Assembly (NCBI GenBank): GCA_964016885.1
Contig: OZ024749.1
Location: forward strand, 34,906,001-34,970,000
From: Eledone cirrhosa
Lineage: Eukaryota
Length of the DNA stretch: 64,000 bases
Direction: 5' to 3'
The position numbers and the translations under genes were made by a program. Below are positions 1 through 12,500 of the stretch, one piece after another. The first letter of the stretch is position 1; each line of letters opens with the position of its first letter. The notes under the pieces were generated by a model. It saw only the letters and a list, made by a program, of their open reading frames with translations, was not told the DNA's origin and made no database searches.

Positions 1-418
1 ATTGACTTTTGTTCTATCAGATGGAAGAGTAGAAGCAACTGTAATAGGTTTGTTGAGGTTTATAACACAAGTCTTTTCTAATATAGGGAGACAATATCTA
101 CAGTTTGGTGAACTGTAGAACATTCTGCCTATAAACCAATGCTTTCTCTTTCTCACTCATGAACTAAATATACAGACATACATGACTGGATCAAAGAAAC
201 AATGTTTCCATTGGTTTGTTCATTGCTGATACTGTCTCTCAACATCTTCATCATCATTATATATATATGTATATATATAAGTTATGGCAAGGAGCCAATT
301 GGAAGATCAGACCAAGAAAACAATTTTTCCATTGCTGATATTATCTATTGGTCACAACTCTTGGTATAAAAATGTGGGATTTGAACTCATAATGCACAGA
401 GCCAGATCAGATATGGAC

Positions 419-624
419 TTAACCCTTTCATGACTGATATCTAATGAAATACACTCTATTGCAATTAATTAATGAAGAATTTTGAGGGATTTACTAAAGT
501 TATTAATTATCACATTACTAGGATAATAACTTAACAAATGAGTCTTATATAAAATAAGGGGTTGATGGGGGTTGTTTCATAGAACAAGAGCTAGTTTTGT
601 CCAGGTTGGTATCAAAAGGGTTAA
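419..624. mobile_element. TTAA-flanked (piggyBac-like) MITE; many relatives, e.g. 41944-42166, 23409-23755, 42254-42420
   Basis: ttaaCCCTTT...AAAGGGttaa termini. Confidence 0.7.
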
Positions 625-2396
625 AGAAAGACACTGGCTGCTTTTCAAAGTATTTTGAATAGAATGAAGAATTTGGAAATATTTAGTAATATAATTAACT
701 TTCTCATTATTTAGTTTATTTTGAAGCATAACTTAATAAGTAAAATATTTGGTGGAATATTTCAAAATAAAGTGTTGTATCATAGAACCACGGGTAGTTT
801 CTGGTGGTTTGGTGTCAAAAGGGTTGATGTACATTATGTTTGATCTCTGTCAGTACCAAGAATGAGTGTTTATCAATGCATAATAGTTTCCTTGTAAAAT
901 TAACATGCAAGTGGCTGAACATTCCAGACACTTTAAATGTAGTTCCGAGGGATATTTTGTATGACATAATGTGTGAGACAATCCATTTTGACTGTTTTTA
1001 AAATTCACTGAAAAACCATGTTGAGTCTTTCATTAGACACATGTTAACAAGTGGGTTAAAGTGTATCATCATCATCACCATTTAATTTATTTATATTTAA
1101 CTAAAAGTCCTGCATCATAATTTTATGTAAGGTCCTTACATAAATTGTGTTCCTAACACCAGCTTAATAATAAGAAAGTTAGTTATATTACGAATTACCA
1201 CAAAAAATTTTGACTGTTTTCAAAATTATTTGAAAAACCATAGGCAGTGTTTCTCATTAGAAATATGTTAATGAAAGGGTTAAAGACATAGGTAGTGTCT
1301 TTTATCAGAAATATGGTAAAGAAAGTGTTAAGGAGATAGAAAATGTTTTTCATTAAAAATATAGTAAAGAAGGGTGATATTCCTGAAACTAAAATATCCA
1401 TCCATTTACATCTAAAACAGATATAAACTGATGGAAAAATAAGTCCTGTTGGTAGTTTTAATATCATATAAATAAGGCCAAGATTGAGAGAGTGACATTA
1501 CTGAGGTATAAACTTAGCTGGGCAGATAGGATATAGAGTGTTGGTGGTTGGGGTGTGTGTAGAGGGGAAGTAGTAACTAAGAGAGAGAGAGGTAGAGAGT
1601 GTAGCATCTATAGATTAATAAATAAGTCAGGAAGATATATATATAGAGAGAGAGAGGGAGGGAAATCAGATGTTAAACAATGACAATGATGATGATATAT
1701 ACAATCTAGGGATTAACTGTAGACAGTAGTGTTCTAAAATTTACATGAAAAAAATAATTTAATGATGGAGAGAAAAATCCTACTAATATTTAAAGTAATT
1801 TCACTTGGTTGTTTTTTTTTTATTCAATGAAAAAAAAATTAAAATAAAATAAAATACTTAAAACAATGACAATAACATCAACAACAACAACAACCATCTT
1901 TGGAATTGCTTTGTTTCTAATTGAAAAAAAATAATAATTTACAGCTCACACTATATGTAGCTGGTCTTATACAAAGTTGCATTTGATAGGAGGTTTATTA
2001 TTTTAATGATAAGGGCTGCAGTCCTATCATGAAAAACAATGTGAAATGAAGTGTCTTGCTCAAGAATACAATGCATTGCCTTGGTTCAGGAATTGAACCT
2101 ACAACCATTTGATCAGATCATGAGTCCAACACCTTAACAACTAGGTCATACTCCTTCAAGTGTTTCTAAATTTCCGACCCAGTGAAGCCTGACTTTAGCA
2201 GCTGTTACCAACAACCACTCCACCACATGTATGGAGGGGGACGTGGGGAATTCTTATGAATGTCTGGTAGTGGACAGGAGAGAGAGAATGTGAGACAAAT
2301 GAGATAAAAAAAAAAATGAAATATTTGGAATTTTGTGGAAAGATTGGGGTAGGATGGATGGATGGATATATATATATATATATATTATAGATTATG

Positions 2397-2428
<32 letters not shown>

Positions 2429-2535
2429 ATATCATCATCATATGTGCGTGTATGTGTATATATATATATATATAAATGTATGTATATATACACATATATA
2501 CATACATTTATATATATATATACACATACATATAT

Positions 2536-2752
2536 GGGGGGTGTCCCGAAAGTCTAGTCTTATACATGTTATATAATAATATGTAATAATCCGTTTTCAT
2601 GTAACATCAGTTGTACTACATTAAGAAATGTCCAACTTCAATGTCCTTATATCCTGTGCAGCATACACAAGTGTTGCAAAGTCCAGCACTGTCAATTTAC
2701 TGTGATAGAATTTTTAAATACTGTTTTGATTATGGATTCAGACTTTTGGGAC

Positions 2753-2757
<5 letters not shown>
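2536..2757. mobile_element. Tc1/mariner-like MITE inserted in (TA)n
   Basis: TIRs gggtgtcccgaaagtct / agacttttgggacaccc. Confidence 0.75.
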
Positions 2758-2789
<32 letters not shown>

Positions 2790-2799
<10 letters not shown>

Positions 2800-2866
2800 G
2801 TCTGTTGTCGTGAGGTTAAAGGAACCAGACGACAAGATGATATATAATATATATATATAAAGAGTG

Positions 2867-2898
<32 letters not shown>

Positions 2899-3044
2899 TA
2901 TATAGTGGTCTGTTGTCGTGAGGTTAAAGGAACCAGACGACAAGATGATATATAATATATATATATAAATATATATAGTGGTCTGTTGTCGTGAGGTTAA
3001 AGGAACCAGACGACAAGATGATATATAATATATATATATAAAGA

Positions 3045-3090
<46 letters not shown>

Positions 3091-3154
3091 GTCTGTTGTC
3101 GTGAGGTTAAAGGAACCAGACGACAAGATGATATATAATATATATATATAAAGA

Positions 3155-3188
<34 letters not shown>

Positions 3189-3348
3189 GTCTGTTGTCGT
3201 GAGGTTAAAGGAACCAGACGACAAGATGATATATAATATATATATATAAAGAGTGTATATATATATATATATATATATATAGTGGTCTGTTGTCGTGAGG
3301 TTAAAGGAACCAGACGACAAGATGATATATAATATATATATATAAAGA

Positions 3349-3389
<41 letters not shown>

Positions 3390-3390
3390 T
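2790..3390. repeat. Six tandem copies of a ~50 nt hairpin-forming unit separated by (TA)n
   Basis: tagtggtctgttgtcgtgaggttaaaggaaccagacgacaagatga at ~2795, 2903, 2976, 3086, 3184 and 3280. Confidence 0.95.
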
Positions 3391-3495
3391 ATGAAGACAA
3401 TAAAATGACTGAATTAAAATAAAAATAAAAACATGACAGAAAAAAAAAAAACCCAATGCAATGAAGAATGTATGTTAAAATCCCACTTTTTTGAT

Positions 3496-4865
3496 TTAGT
3501 TATTGTCTTCATCTTCTGACATGACAGATACAGTACCATTATTGACAGACAAAGGACTGGACTCTTCACTTACTACAACACCACTACCACCATCATTGTT
3601 ACTACTAGTTTTAACTGTCCACTTGTTGCTTGTGCTGTTGTTGTGGCTGTTGAAAAGGTGTGGATCAGCAGTTAATTCCTCATCACCCACAGCCTCAGAA
3701 GTATCCATAGGTATAGTAGTCTGTTCAACTGTCTCTTCAGTTAACTCCTCTTCCTCCTCCTCCTCCCCCACCTCCTCCTCTTCTTCTTCTTCCTCCTCCT
3801 CTCCCTCCCCTTCTTCCCCTACCACCTCCACCTCTGCACTTGCTTCTTCCCCCTCCTCCTCCCCTTCCTCCTCTTCTTCTTCTTCTTCTTCGTCTTCTTC
3901 TTTAGCTATCGGACTACTCAAGCTTTCTTCCATTTCATAAGTGTCGAATTTGACCGGAAGTGGTGAAGTGGTTTGGAAGTGATTGGAACTAGAGTTGTTA
4001 TGATTTAATAATGGAGATGTTGGCGCCCTTTCAGAGGAAGGCGACCGTAGAGTCGTTGGTGAGTGTACAACCATCGGAGTCAATGAATTTATTTGTGTGG
4101 TTGTCACCACCGTAGCAATGTCAGTCTGGGAAGAGCTTGGATCAGCAACTGGAGAAGAAGCTGCACTATGTGCTGTTAATGTTAGTCTATCACACTCTTC
4201 ATCAATCTTACACTTACTCTCAACCTCACAACATTCCTCAACAACCACACTATCTACTTCCATACTAAGTGTTTCATCAACATCTTCTGTCAAGTTGCTA
4301 TGACTCTCTATAACAGTATTGTTGTAGGTAGTGATGTTCGTGGTTGTGGTACTGATGGTATCATCACCACAATTATCATTGTTATCATTATTAGTATTAT
4401 CATTATTATCAATATTATCGTCATCATTATTATTATTATCCACACTACTATCATTCTCAGTAGGAACAACACATTTACTGTCCTTGTTTCCAAACACAGG
4501 AGGTGAATAGTGGTCCGCAGTCGACATCTCCTGTAGTTCGTGGGATTCAGTTTTCTCTGTGACGGTATCGTTGATAGAATCTGGTTGAGACATCACAGTG
4601 TCTGCTACAGCGACGGGTGGCTCCAGCTGGTCTGATCTAGTTATGACACCAGTGGAAGAAATAGTAGTTTGAGGGCTGGCCTGTTTCTCACTGACAGCTT
4701 CACATTCACTTACATTGGCAGGAACAAGGGCTTTCAGCTTTTTATTTTCTTCTTTCAGTTGGTTCATCTGTTCCTTTGATTCCTTCAGCTGCTGTTGTAA
4801 CAAATAAATCATGCTCTGCATACCCTCAACGTCTTCATCTATTTCAGCCAAAAACTCATCTAAAT
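3496..4865 (-). CDS. WTAP: WTAP/fl(2)d last coding exon (7 of 7): end of conserved coiled coil plus long acidic low-complexity tail
   Basis: (D)LDEFLAEIDEDVEGMQSMIYLLQQQLKESKEQM matches the WTAP coiled-coil end; acceptor tcgttgcag at 4866-4867; phase 1 fits the previous exon; stop at 3496-3498. Confidence 0.95.
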
Positions 4866-4892
4866 CTGCAACGAATCAGAAAACAAAATGTC

Positions 4893-6265
4893 AACATAGA
4901 TGATTTACAAGAAATATCCAAGCCCTACTCTCTGCTATTAACACTAAGTCTGTGTACAGTAACCCATATGGTAAACCTTCCTTTACACTTAGGTCCAGTA
5001 CCTCCATCACAACTACAAATAGTAGTGAGTTTAGCCCTTTCATTTCACAACAGATATATATATATATATATATGTGTGTGTATATCATCATCATCATCAT
5101 CATTTTACGTCCGCTTTTCCCTGCTTGCAAGGGTGGGACGGGAACTGATTCTGGCTTGATTTCAACAGCTGGATGCCCTTCCTAACACCAACCTCTTTTA
5201 CAGTGAGTGCTGGGTGCTTTTTTGCCGTGGCACCTCCACGACCACTTTGCAGTGGAATGATATGAACCCCGGTCCCTATCATCTCATTTCTACAGCTAAA
5301 ATATGTATATATATATATGTGTGTGTATATATATATATATATAACCCATGCTAGCATGGAAGATAGACGTTAAACAATGATGATAATACACATAGCAGTG
5401 AAACATGGGCCGTGATTAGAGAAGACCTGCAGAAGCTAGAAAGAAATGAGTCGAGTATGCCCTGATGGATGTGCTGTGTTAGTGTGCGTGAGCGACATAG
5501 CATAAGCAAACTGAAGGAAAAACTTGGCATAAGAGGAATTGGATGTAGTGTGCAAGAGAGATGGTTATGAATGTTAAGTCCTTCCCTGGAGGAAAATACT
5601 CTGACAAACATAAGTTAGTTATTAGTGACTTCAGAATAAGCACAAGACAGAACAAGAAACGGATCTGGAGGATCCATAGAAATGGTTGATAGCTTTTGCT
5701 ACCTAGGTGATATAATTAGCAGTGGAGCAGGGTGCTTGAATAGCATAATAGCTAGAATAAGAACAAGATGGAAAAAGTTCAGGTAGCTATTACTTCCGAT
5801 GACACCAAAAGGCTTTCTCTATGAATGATAGGCTGGCTGTATGACGCCGGCATGCGATGTGTAATGCTGCTTGATAGTGAGACATGGGCAGTGAATACAG
5901 AGGTTATACAAAGTCTAGAGAGAAATGAAGTGAGCATATTTTGATGGATATGGAATGTTAATGTGTGTGAATGACAAAGTATGCATGAACTGAAAACCAG
6001 GATATAAGAGGAATCAGATGTAGTGTGTAAGAGAAAAAGCTGTACATGGATGATGATTGTTGGGTGAAGAAGTACCAAGGAATCCCAGTGGAATGAAACT
6101 ATGATAGAGGAAGACCTGGATGGAGGCAGTGAGAACTGATCTCAAACTGTTGAAGTTCACAGAAGAAATGACTAAAAAACATGACAAGTTGAAGAATTTT
6201 GTGCTGAAAAAGACTCATCCACTCCATATGATCATGAAAAGCAGACATAAAATTGGTCATGATGA
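4893..6265. pseudogene. Cluster of decayed RTE fragments in the last WTAP intron
   Basis: - strand GLPYGLLYTDLVLIAES resembles GCPWELLYADDLALIAES; + strand 5395-5590 and 5665-6265 align to the RTE ORF 3' part with stops. Confidence 0.8.
5085..5297 (-). mobile_element. 5'-truncated copy of the RTE-tailed SINE
   Basis: Nearly identical to 56425-56626. Confidence 0.85.
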
Positions 6266-6297
6266 TGATGATATGTAAATAGCAGATATGAACTGAC

Positions 6298-6452
6298 CAG
6301 CTTGATTCTTCTTCATTTCTTGTACCAATGTCTTCTCCAGGGCTATTTCTCCTTCAAGCTTTGCTGTTCTGCCTGATGCAATAAGTTTACCCAAATCTTC
6401 ATTTTCCTGCAGTAACATTCGACACTTGGCCATCAGTCTTTTACCAGTTTGG
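6298..6452 (-). CDS. WTAP: WTAP coding exon 6 (155 nt)
   Basis: SQTGKRLMAKCRMLLQENEDLGK is the WTAP hallmark; ttttaatttcag acceptor and G|gtcagt donor. Confidence 0.96.
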
Positions 6453-7357
6453 CTGAAATTAAAACAAAAACAGAACAATGTAATTTGTTGCTCCAGCATT
6501 GCCAGTGATCTAACGATTGAAACAAGTAAAAGAATATGAACACATCAGAAGAAAATCAGGGAATCAAAGCAAATTCAACCATGTTTGTCTGAAAAGGATT
6601 AAAGAAAATATCTACATTTGGCTATTAATAAGTTCATATACACAAGATGTCTGCTATTAACACAAACAGAATGTGTGTCATTGTATGGATGTTGTGCTAT
6701 GATGTATCACAGTATGATTGTACAGTGGGAGGATGTATGATTGTATGATTCATCATATGATAAACTTCCCAGTGAACACAAAATCTGACTGTTTTTAAAG
6801 CTCATTGACATTGCTAACATCCATCTGTACAGGTATAGATATAGCATATCAGTTGTAGTGTTACACACATACACATATGTCTATATATATATTACAGTGC
6901 TGAAGAGGACCCATCCCACCCTTGCAAGCAGGGAAAAGCAGAAATAAAATGATGATGTGTGTGTATGTGTATACACATAAATGATTATATATATATATAG
7001 AGAGAGAGTTAATAGATGAGTATTCGACATGAAAATGTTTGGCTTTAGGGAGTGACTTCTGAATGCAGCAACTTCCAGTTTATTTTCAATGTTTGTAGGG
7101 AAGAGAAAACAGCCGGGCAACATATTGACTTACAAACACCATACCACCTCCTTCTCCTTTCTCACACATTCACTGTATATTTATGATTAGATATAGAAAC
7201 CAGGACAAACAAAAGATAGTTTATTGATGTGATATTGACTTACAAACTTCATACTTTCTCTGTCCTTTCACATTTTTAAAGTTTGTTTATCATGATGGAA
7301 CAAACAAACAGACAGAAAAGAAAGTTTACAATGATGTGATTCTGAAATGAAAATGAA

Positions 7358-7755
7358 ATTTCCAGTTCACACCTATGTATATTGAACTGGCTTTCTATGA
7401 GGTACATCTCATAGGAGGTTTGTTGGCAGTTTTCTTGATAGGGGTTCCAATTCTATCATGCTGTTGTTACAGCTCACACCAATGAAGGTTTAGCTGGCCT
7501 CCTAGAAAGTTGTATTTCATAGGAGTCTTTGGATTGATGATAGGGGCCTAGTCCTATCATGTTGTTACAGCTCACCTAGCTTTCTATGGGGTTATATCTC
7601 ATAGGAAGTATTTTGAGTATTTTAATGATAGGGGATGCAGTTATATGAAAAGCAACATGAAATGAGTTGTTTTGCTCAAAAATATAATGTGCTACCCAAT
7701 CCCTGGAATCAAACCCACGACCTTATGATTGTTATTCCAACACCATAACCATTGA
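7358..7755 (-). mobile_element. CORE-like SINE with a tandemly repeated hairpin-rich tail; relatives at 1938-2155, 16450-16870, 30705-30890 and 42620-42925
   Basis: tRNA-like head plus ttgagcaa-type core; tail unit tacagctcacacctatg...ctcataggagg...gatagggg..cctatcatg. Confidence 0.65.
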
Positions 7756-8045
7756 CATACAACATCATACTCTCTCTTCCTCCTTGTATACACTTTAGGT
7801 TGTTTATCATAGAAATATGGAAGAGACAGGACAGACAGAAACCATCATACTCTCCTCTCATATCACATTTTCATACATTTTTGAGGTTTGTTTACCATGA
7901 AATATGGGAGTAGAGGGTTGAAGTTGGGGGGGGGGGGGGGGGGGGGGGGGACTGAAATATTTCAGTCTATTTTTAAATTCAATGTTATCAACTGTGTGTG
8001 TGTAGACATACGCACAAGAGGAAGGTGGTGACATGTGTGTATGTG

Positions 8046-8090
<45 letters not shown>

Positions 8091-9472
8091 ACACCCACAC
8101 ACATATACATAGAGTGATGAAGGGAAAAGGTGGGCTGGGGTAGGGGGAAGAAGGAAACATTTGTGTGAGAAAATTTAGAAATCTTCAAGTCAGGAAGTTT
8201 TTCAATTTACAGAGAAGTTGTAACATTCAACCAAGTGGTTAGATATCATCAATGCATCTAGGGCAACTTTACTCTGGGTAGCTATAGGGTGGTTTACTGG
8301 GGGTGGCTAAAGCATACTACTTTATTGGTGGTAGCTAGAGAATTGGTGTATCTATGGTAGATTAATGGGGGGGGAGGGGGGCTAGATGGTTGGCACATCT
8401 AGGGTACTTTACTGGGGTGACTAAATGGCTGATAGTTGGGAAATTAAGGGTATTCTACTGGGGTATTTTATACTGTTAGACAGTTGGTAAATTTAGGGTA
8501 TTTTATATGGTAAATCAATTGAGACAGAAAGTTGGACTAAACAGATCTGGAATTTGGAAATTTACAGACACATTATTGAACTAAAGTTAAACAGAACACA
8601 TTGGAAAACATGAGAGAAGCCTGATATGGTCCCTCACTTTTGTCTGATATCACGATCACCTGTCAGATATAGTCCCATGCTGAGAGATTGTGTCTAGTCA
8701 ACCACTTAAGGACATCCGTCAACGACAGCAAATACTGTAGTATTTTCTAGAGGAAGTTATGTCCATTACTTTCACTAATATTAATAACATATTTTACATT
8801 TTCAAATCTCTGAATCTTCCAGAGAATCTGTTACTACACATCAATACAGCCACTCCTCATTTAACAGCCTGATCAATTTGTTTAATAACGTTCTCACTTA
8901 ATAACCACCCCAATTAATGACCCCTCGTTTAACGGTCACCTCACATTTATTACCTTAAATTTATTATGTACATATTTATAAGTTTTATATTTTTCCTAAT
9001 GTCCTTTATGTCATTGGTTTTGTTACGGTATATATAGATTGGAAATTACTCCCAGCAAGAGGGAAAATAACCGATACAGTAGGACTCAAACAACCACTTA
9101 AGTTACAAAATTTAATGGTGGTAATCCAGCATGGTCATGGCTCAAAGACTAGAAACAGTGAAAGAATAGATCTATTTGGGTTTTTTAGTTACTCTCAGTT
9201 TTCCAAAATAAAGTGGATATTTAATGATCCCAGCTGAAGGAAAAATTCATTTTTTTTTTCAGTCAACAAAGTTGAAAATTATTCATTCATGGAATTTTGT
9301 CAATTGCAGAAACCATCACCATCACAAGACATGGTGGTGGGTGAAAGTAACTGGGATATTGTGGGAGACTACATCCTTATCACCGTCAAGACATATATAT
9401 ATATAGATGTAGATCCATATATGGTTGATAGCCGAGAGAAAAGATTACTCAATACTAAAGTAGAGTTTTAAT

Positions 9473-9594
9473 AAATAGTGAGTCTTGTTACTCTGGAGTT
9501 TCACCTGTTTATCACAGGGTCATCAGACAAGAGTTCTTATCTGATGACCCTGTGATAAATAGGTGATTCTCCAGAGTAACAAGACACACTATTT
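9473..9594. repeat. ~60 bp-arm imperfect palindrome made of two inverted hammerhead units; the + copy (9535-9584) has GAUU in place of GAAA
   Basis: aaatagtg...acaaga|gt|tcttat...cactattt symmetry with a few mismatches. Confidence 0.9.
9483..9532 (-). ncRNA. Minimal type I hammerhead ribozyme motif, sense to WTAP pre-mRNA
   Basis: UCUUGU-CUGAUGA-CCCUG ugauaaa CAGGU-GAA-ACUC ca GAGU-A^ACAAGA; stem I is 6 bp and perfect; C.U mismatch at the base of stem II. Confidence 0.78.
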
Positions 9595-12500
9595 AGCCTT
9601 AATAAAATATATATATATATAATCATTTAATGTATTTTTTCCCTGTGAGCAAGGGTTGGCCAGGTTGTCTCAAATTAAGTCAAGGTCAATACATAGCTGA
9701 AGTCACTAACTCTCAGATGGGCCAAGGGAGGGGTACATCCTGCTTACATATATTCCTATACTCTACAGAGTGTATTTTATCATTGCACCAGCACTAGGGA
9801 AGTTGTCACTATATATATGTATGTGTGTGTGTGAAAAGAAAACAGAAATAACAAAGCATCGACACAGTACAATGAGGAAATATATTAGTTTAACACTTGA
9901 AATAATAGAAAAAGAGTCTATTATACTCATACACACACATGCAGAGTAATCATGTATAAGACTAAATACACACACACACAGAGTAATCATGTATAAGACT
10001 AAATACACACACACAATAATTAATAACACTTACAATATATTATCTTATATACAGTAATTATTATTATATTAGTCAAATGCTAACTAAATTCCAGTTGTAG
10101 CAACAATCGTTGGTTTTACTAAAAATGGAGTTATTATTATCTAGGGTCAACTTTTCCCTTGCCCCCAAATAATTGCTAGACTTCTGTCTACATTAGAAAT
10201 AATTATTATTACTATTATAACATTATTCCCTTTGTAATGTAATTGAGAAAATAGTTGGAGTTATTTTTGCAAATACAGAATATTACGAGATATATAGCTG
10301 TTGTTGTTGTAATAGTGATAGTAGTAGTGGTGATAATAGTAAGAGTAGTGGCCAATTATAGTGTGGTGGTGGTGGTAGTAGTCGGTGTGAAGGCATGTGA
10401 GTTAGTAGTTAGAGAATTGGATTTGAAATTGTGAAATTGCGAGTTCAATTCCTGGACCAGGCAATGCGCTGTGTCCTTGAGCAAGACACTTTATTTCACA
10501 TTACTCTTTCTGCCACAAGTTATGACAAATAAATAGCATCAGCAATGGAGAAACCAATGGAAACATTGTTTCTCTGGTCCAATTTAATGAACTCCACTCC
10601 AGTAAGCCAGTGAGGTCTGGGATCTTGTCAATCATTTCTCAGTGGTGGTGGTGAAAGTGGTGGTAGTGAAAGTGGTGGTGGTGGTGGTAGTAGTAGTAGT
10701 AGTAGTGGTGGTAGTAGTGCTGCTGCTCTAGTGGTTGTAGTTATGGTATGATAGTGGTGGTGGTTGTGCTGGTAGTGTTGGATGTAGTAAATAGCAATTT
10801 CCACAAGTGTTTAATGAACTTGCACCTGTCCTCGTTAAAACTAACAAGGGAAACAAACAAACTGAGAAATTCTTCACATAAAACAATTAACTAGAGAAGT
10901 GGAAGATATACAACTTTAATTAAAGGCTTTTAGTTCTCCACACAGATTAACAGATTAAAAGATTAACAGTTTAGCAGATTACAGAGTTGACCTGTTAACT
11001 CTTGATACCAATCCAGCCAAATCCAGCTCTGGTTTTATGAAATGAAACCACCCATTATAAAGGGTTTCTATTTAACCCTTTCGATATAAACCCAGCCCAA
11101 CAAAGTCCAGCTCTGATTCTATGAAACAAAAACCACCCATTTTAAAGGGTCCCTGTTTAACCCTTTGGATACCAAACCATCCAAAAACCAGTTTTGGTTC
11201 TATGAAACTAAACTACCCATTTAAAAAAGTTCCTATTTATGAATTAAAATATTCCAATTTAATTTTATATAAGGACCACCATGTGTTAAGTTACTATCTT
11301 AGTAATTAAATTATTCATAATTCTAATAAATCTTTCAAAATTCTTCACTAATTAATAGAAATGGTGGTATGATTGGGTGAGGGAGGTTATTATTGTAGGG
11401 TGGTACAACAAGGAGGGGGGGGGGGGGTCATTACTGTATGGCAGTATGATTGGGTGAGGGGTCATTATCAGATATTAGTATATTTGAGGAGAGTGAGAGG
11501 GTGGGTATCATTAATGTATGCTGCGTTAGTTGAAGGAAGAGGAGTCATTAATATATGATGAGAAGAATCAATGTCATAAACAAGAGTGGGTTAATTAATA
11601 TATTTTGGTATACATAAGAAGAGACGTCATTAATGTTATAAGGCTAGGGGAAGAGTCATTAATCCTTTCATTACTTTATTTCTAAAGACAAACACTGCTT
11701 ATGGTGTCCAAATAATTTGGAATGATTTAGTAATATAACTTTCTCATTATTAAGCTGATGCTTGGATCATGACTTAACTAAAGTTCTTACATAAAATTTT
11801 GATGGCAGAGTTTCAGATAAATATGAACACAAAGAAAAGAAAATAATTTAATATATGACAGTGAGAAGATGAAAGAAAGATAAATTCAGAGAGATCTGGT
11901 AAAAAGCGCGCGGGTTAATTATATCAGTGGGTGAGTGTTCAAGAGAGGATGTTGATAAAAATAAGCAAACGAAGATGAATTGATAGACAATAAAAAATAC
12001 GATGGGAGGTAACTCTGAGGTTCATGAAAATATGGTCAAATGGGTGAAGAAAAATGTAGATTATTTTGAATAAGGATGTGATGGTGGTGATGTGGTGTTG
12101 GTCTGGTGTAACGCAGGTGCAGTGTGGTATTGTGTGATGTGCTCTGAAACATTTAAAACAATTTTTGTTAAAAAAAAAAAGACATTCTGAAAAAAGGAAA
12201 CAATGATTAAATCCTGTAACTTAGCAGTTTGCCAAAAAAAAGATCGATAAAATAAGTACCAGACTTGGAAAAAAAATAATGTATGTTGTAATCATGATGT
12301 TCAGCCCTAATATAGTAGAAGTTGTTAGAAAATATGCTTGAATCATTGTCAGGGTGAAAAATATATTTACATGATAGCAAACAGGGATTGGAATCTTTCA
12401 ATATTAAAATTGGATCATAAAATGAATGAAAATATATAATAAAAAAAAAAAAAAATGAAATAACCAAAGGGAAATAACTTAAGCAAACCAAAAGAATGAA

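Noticed and set aside
2790-3390. CRISPR-like repeat-spacer appearance
   Set aside because: The spacers are (TA)n rather than unique sequence; eukaryotic context with no cas genes
2333-3400. Multiple YI/IY-rich ORFs (also at 51.1-51.4, 53.7-54.0, 55.4-55.8, 60.95-61.26 and 61.8-62.3 kb)
   Set aside because: These are translations of (TA)n/(CA)n microsatellites, which lack stops
10387-10500. tRNA-like sequences (also 20470-20540, 22290-22370, 24155-24230)
   Set aside because: SINE heads with A/B boxes but no acceptor stem, followed by SINE body sequence
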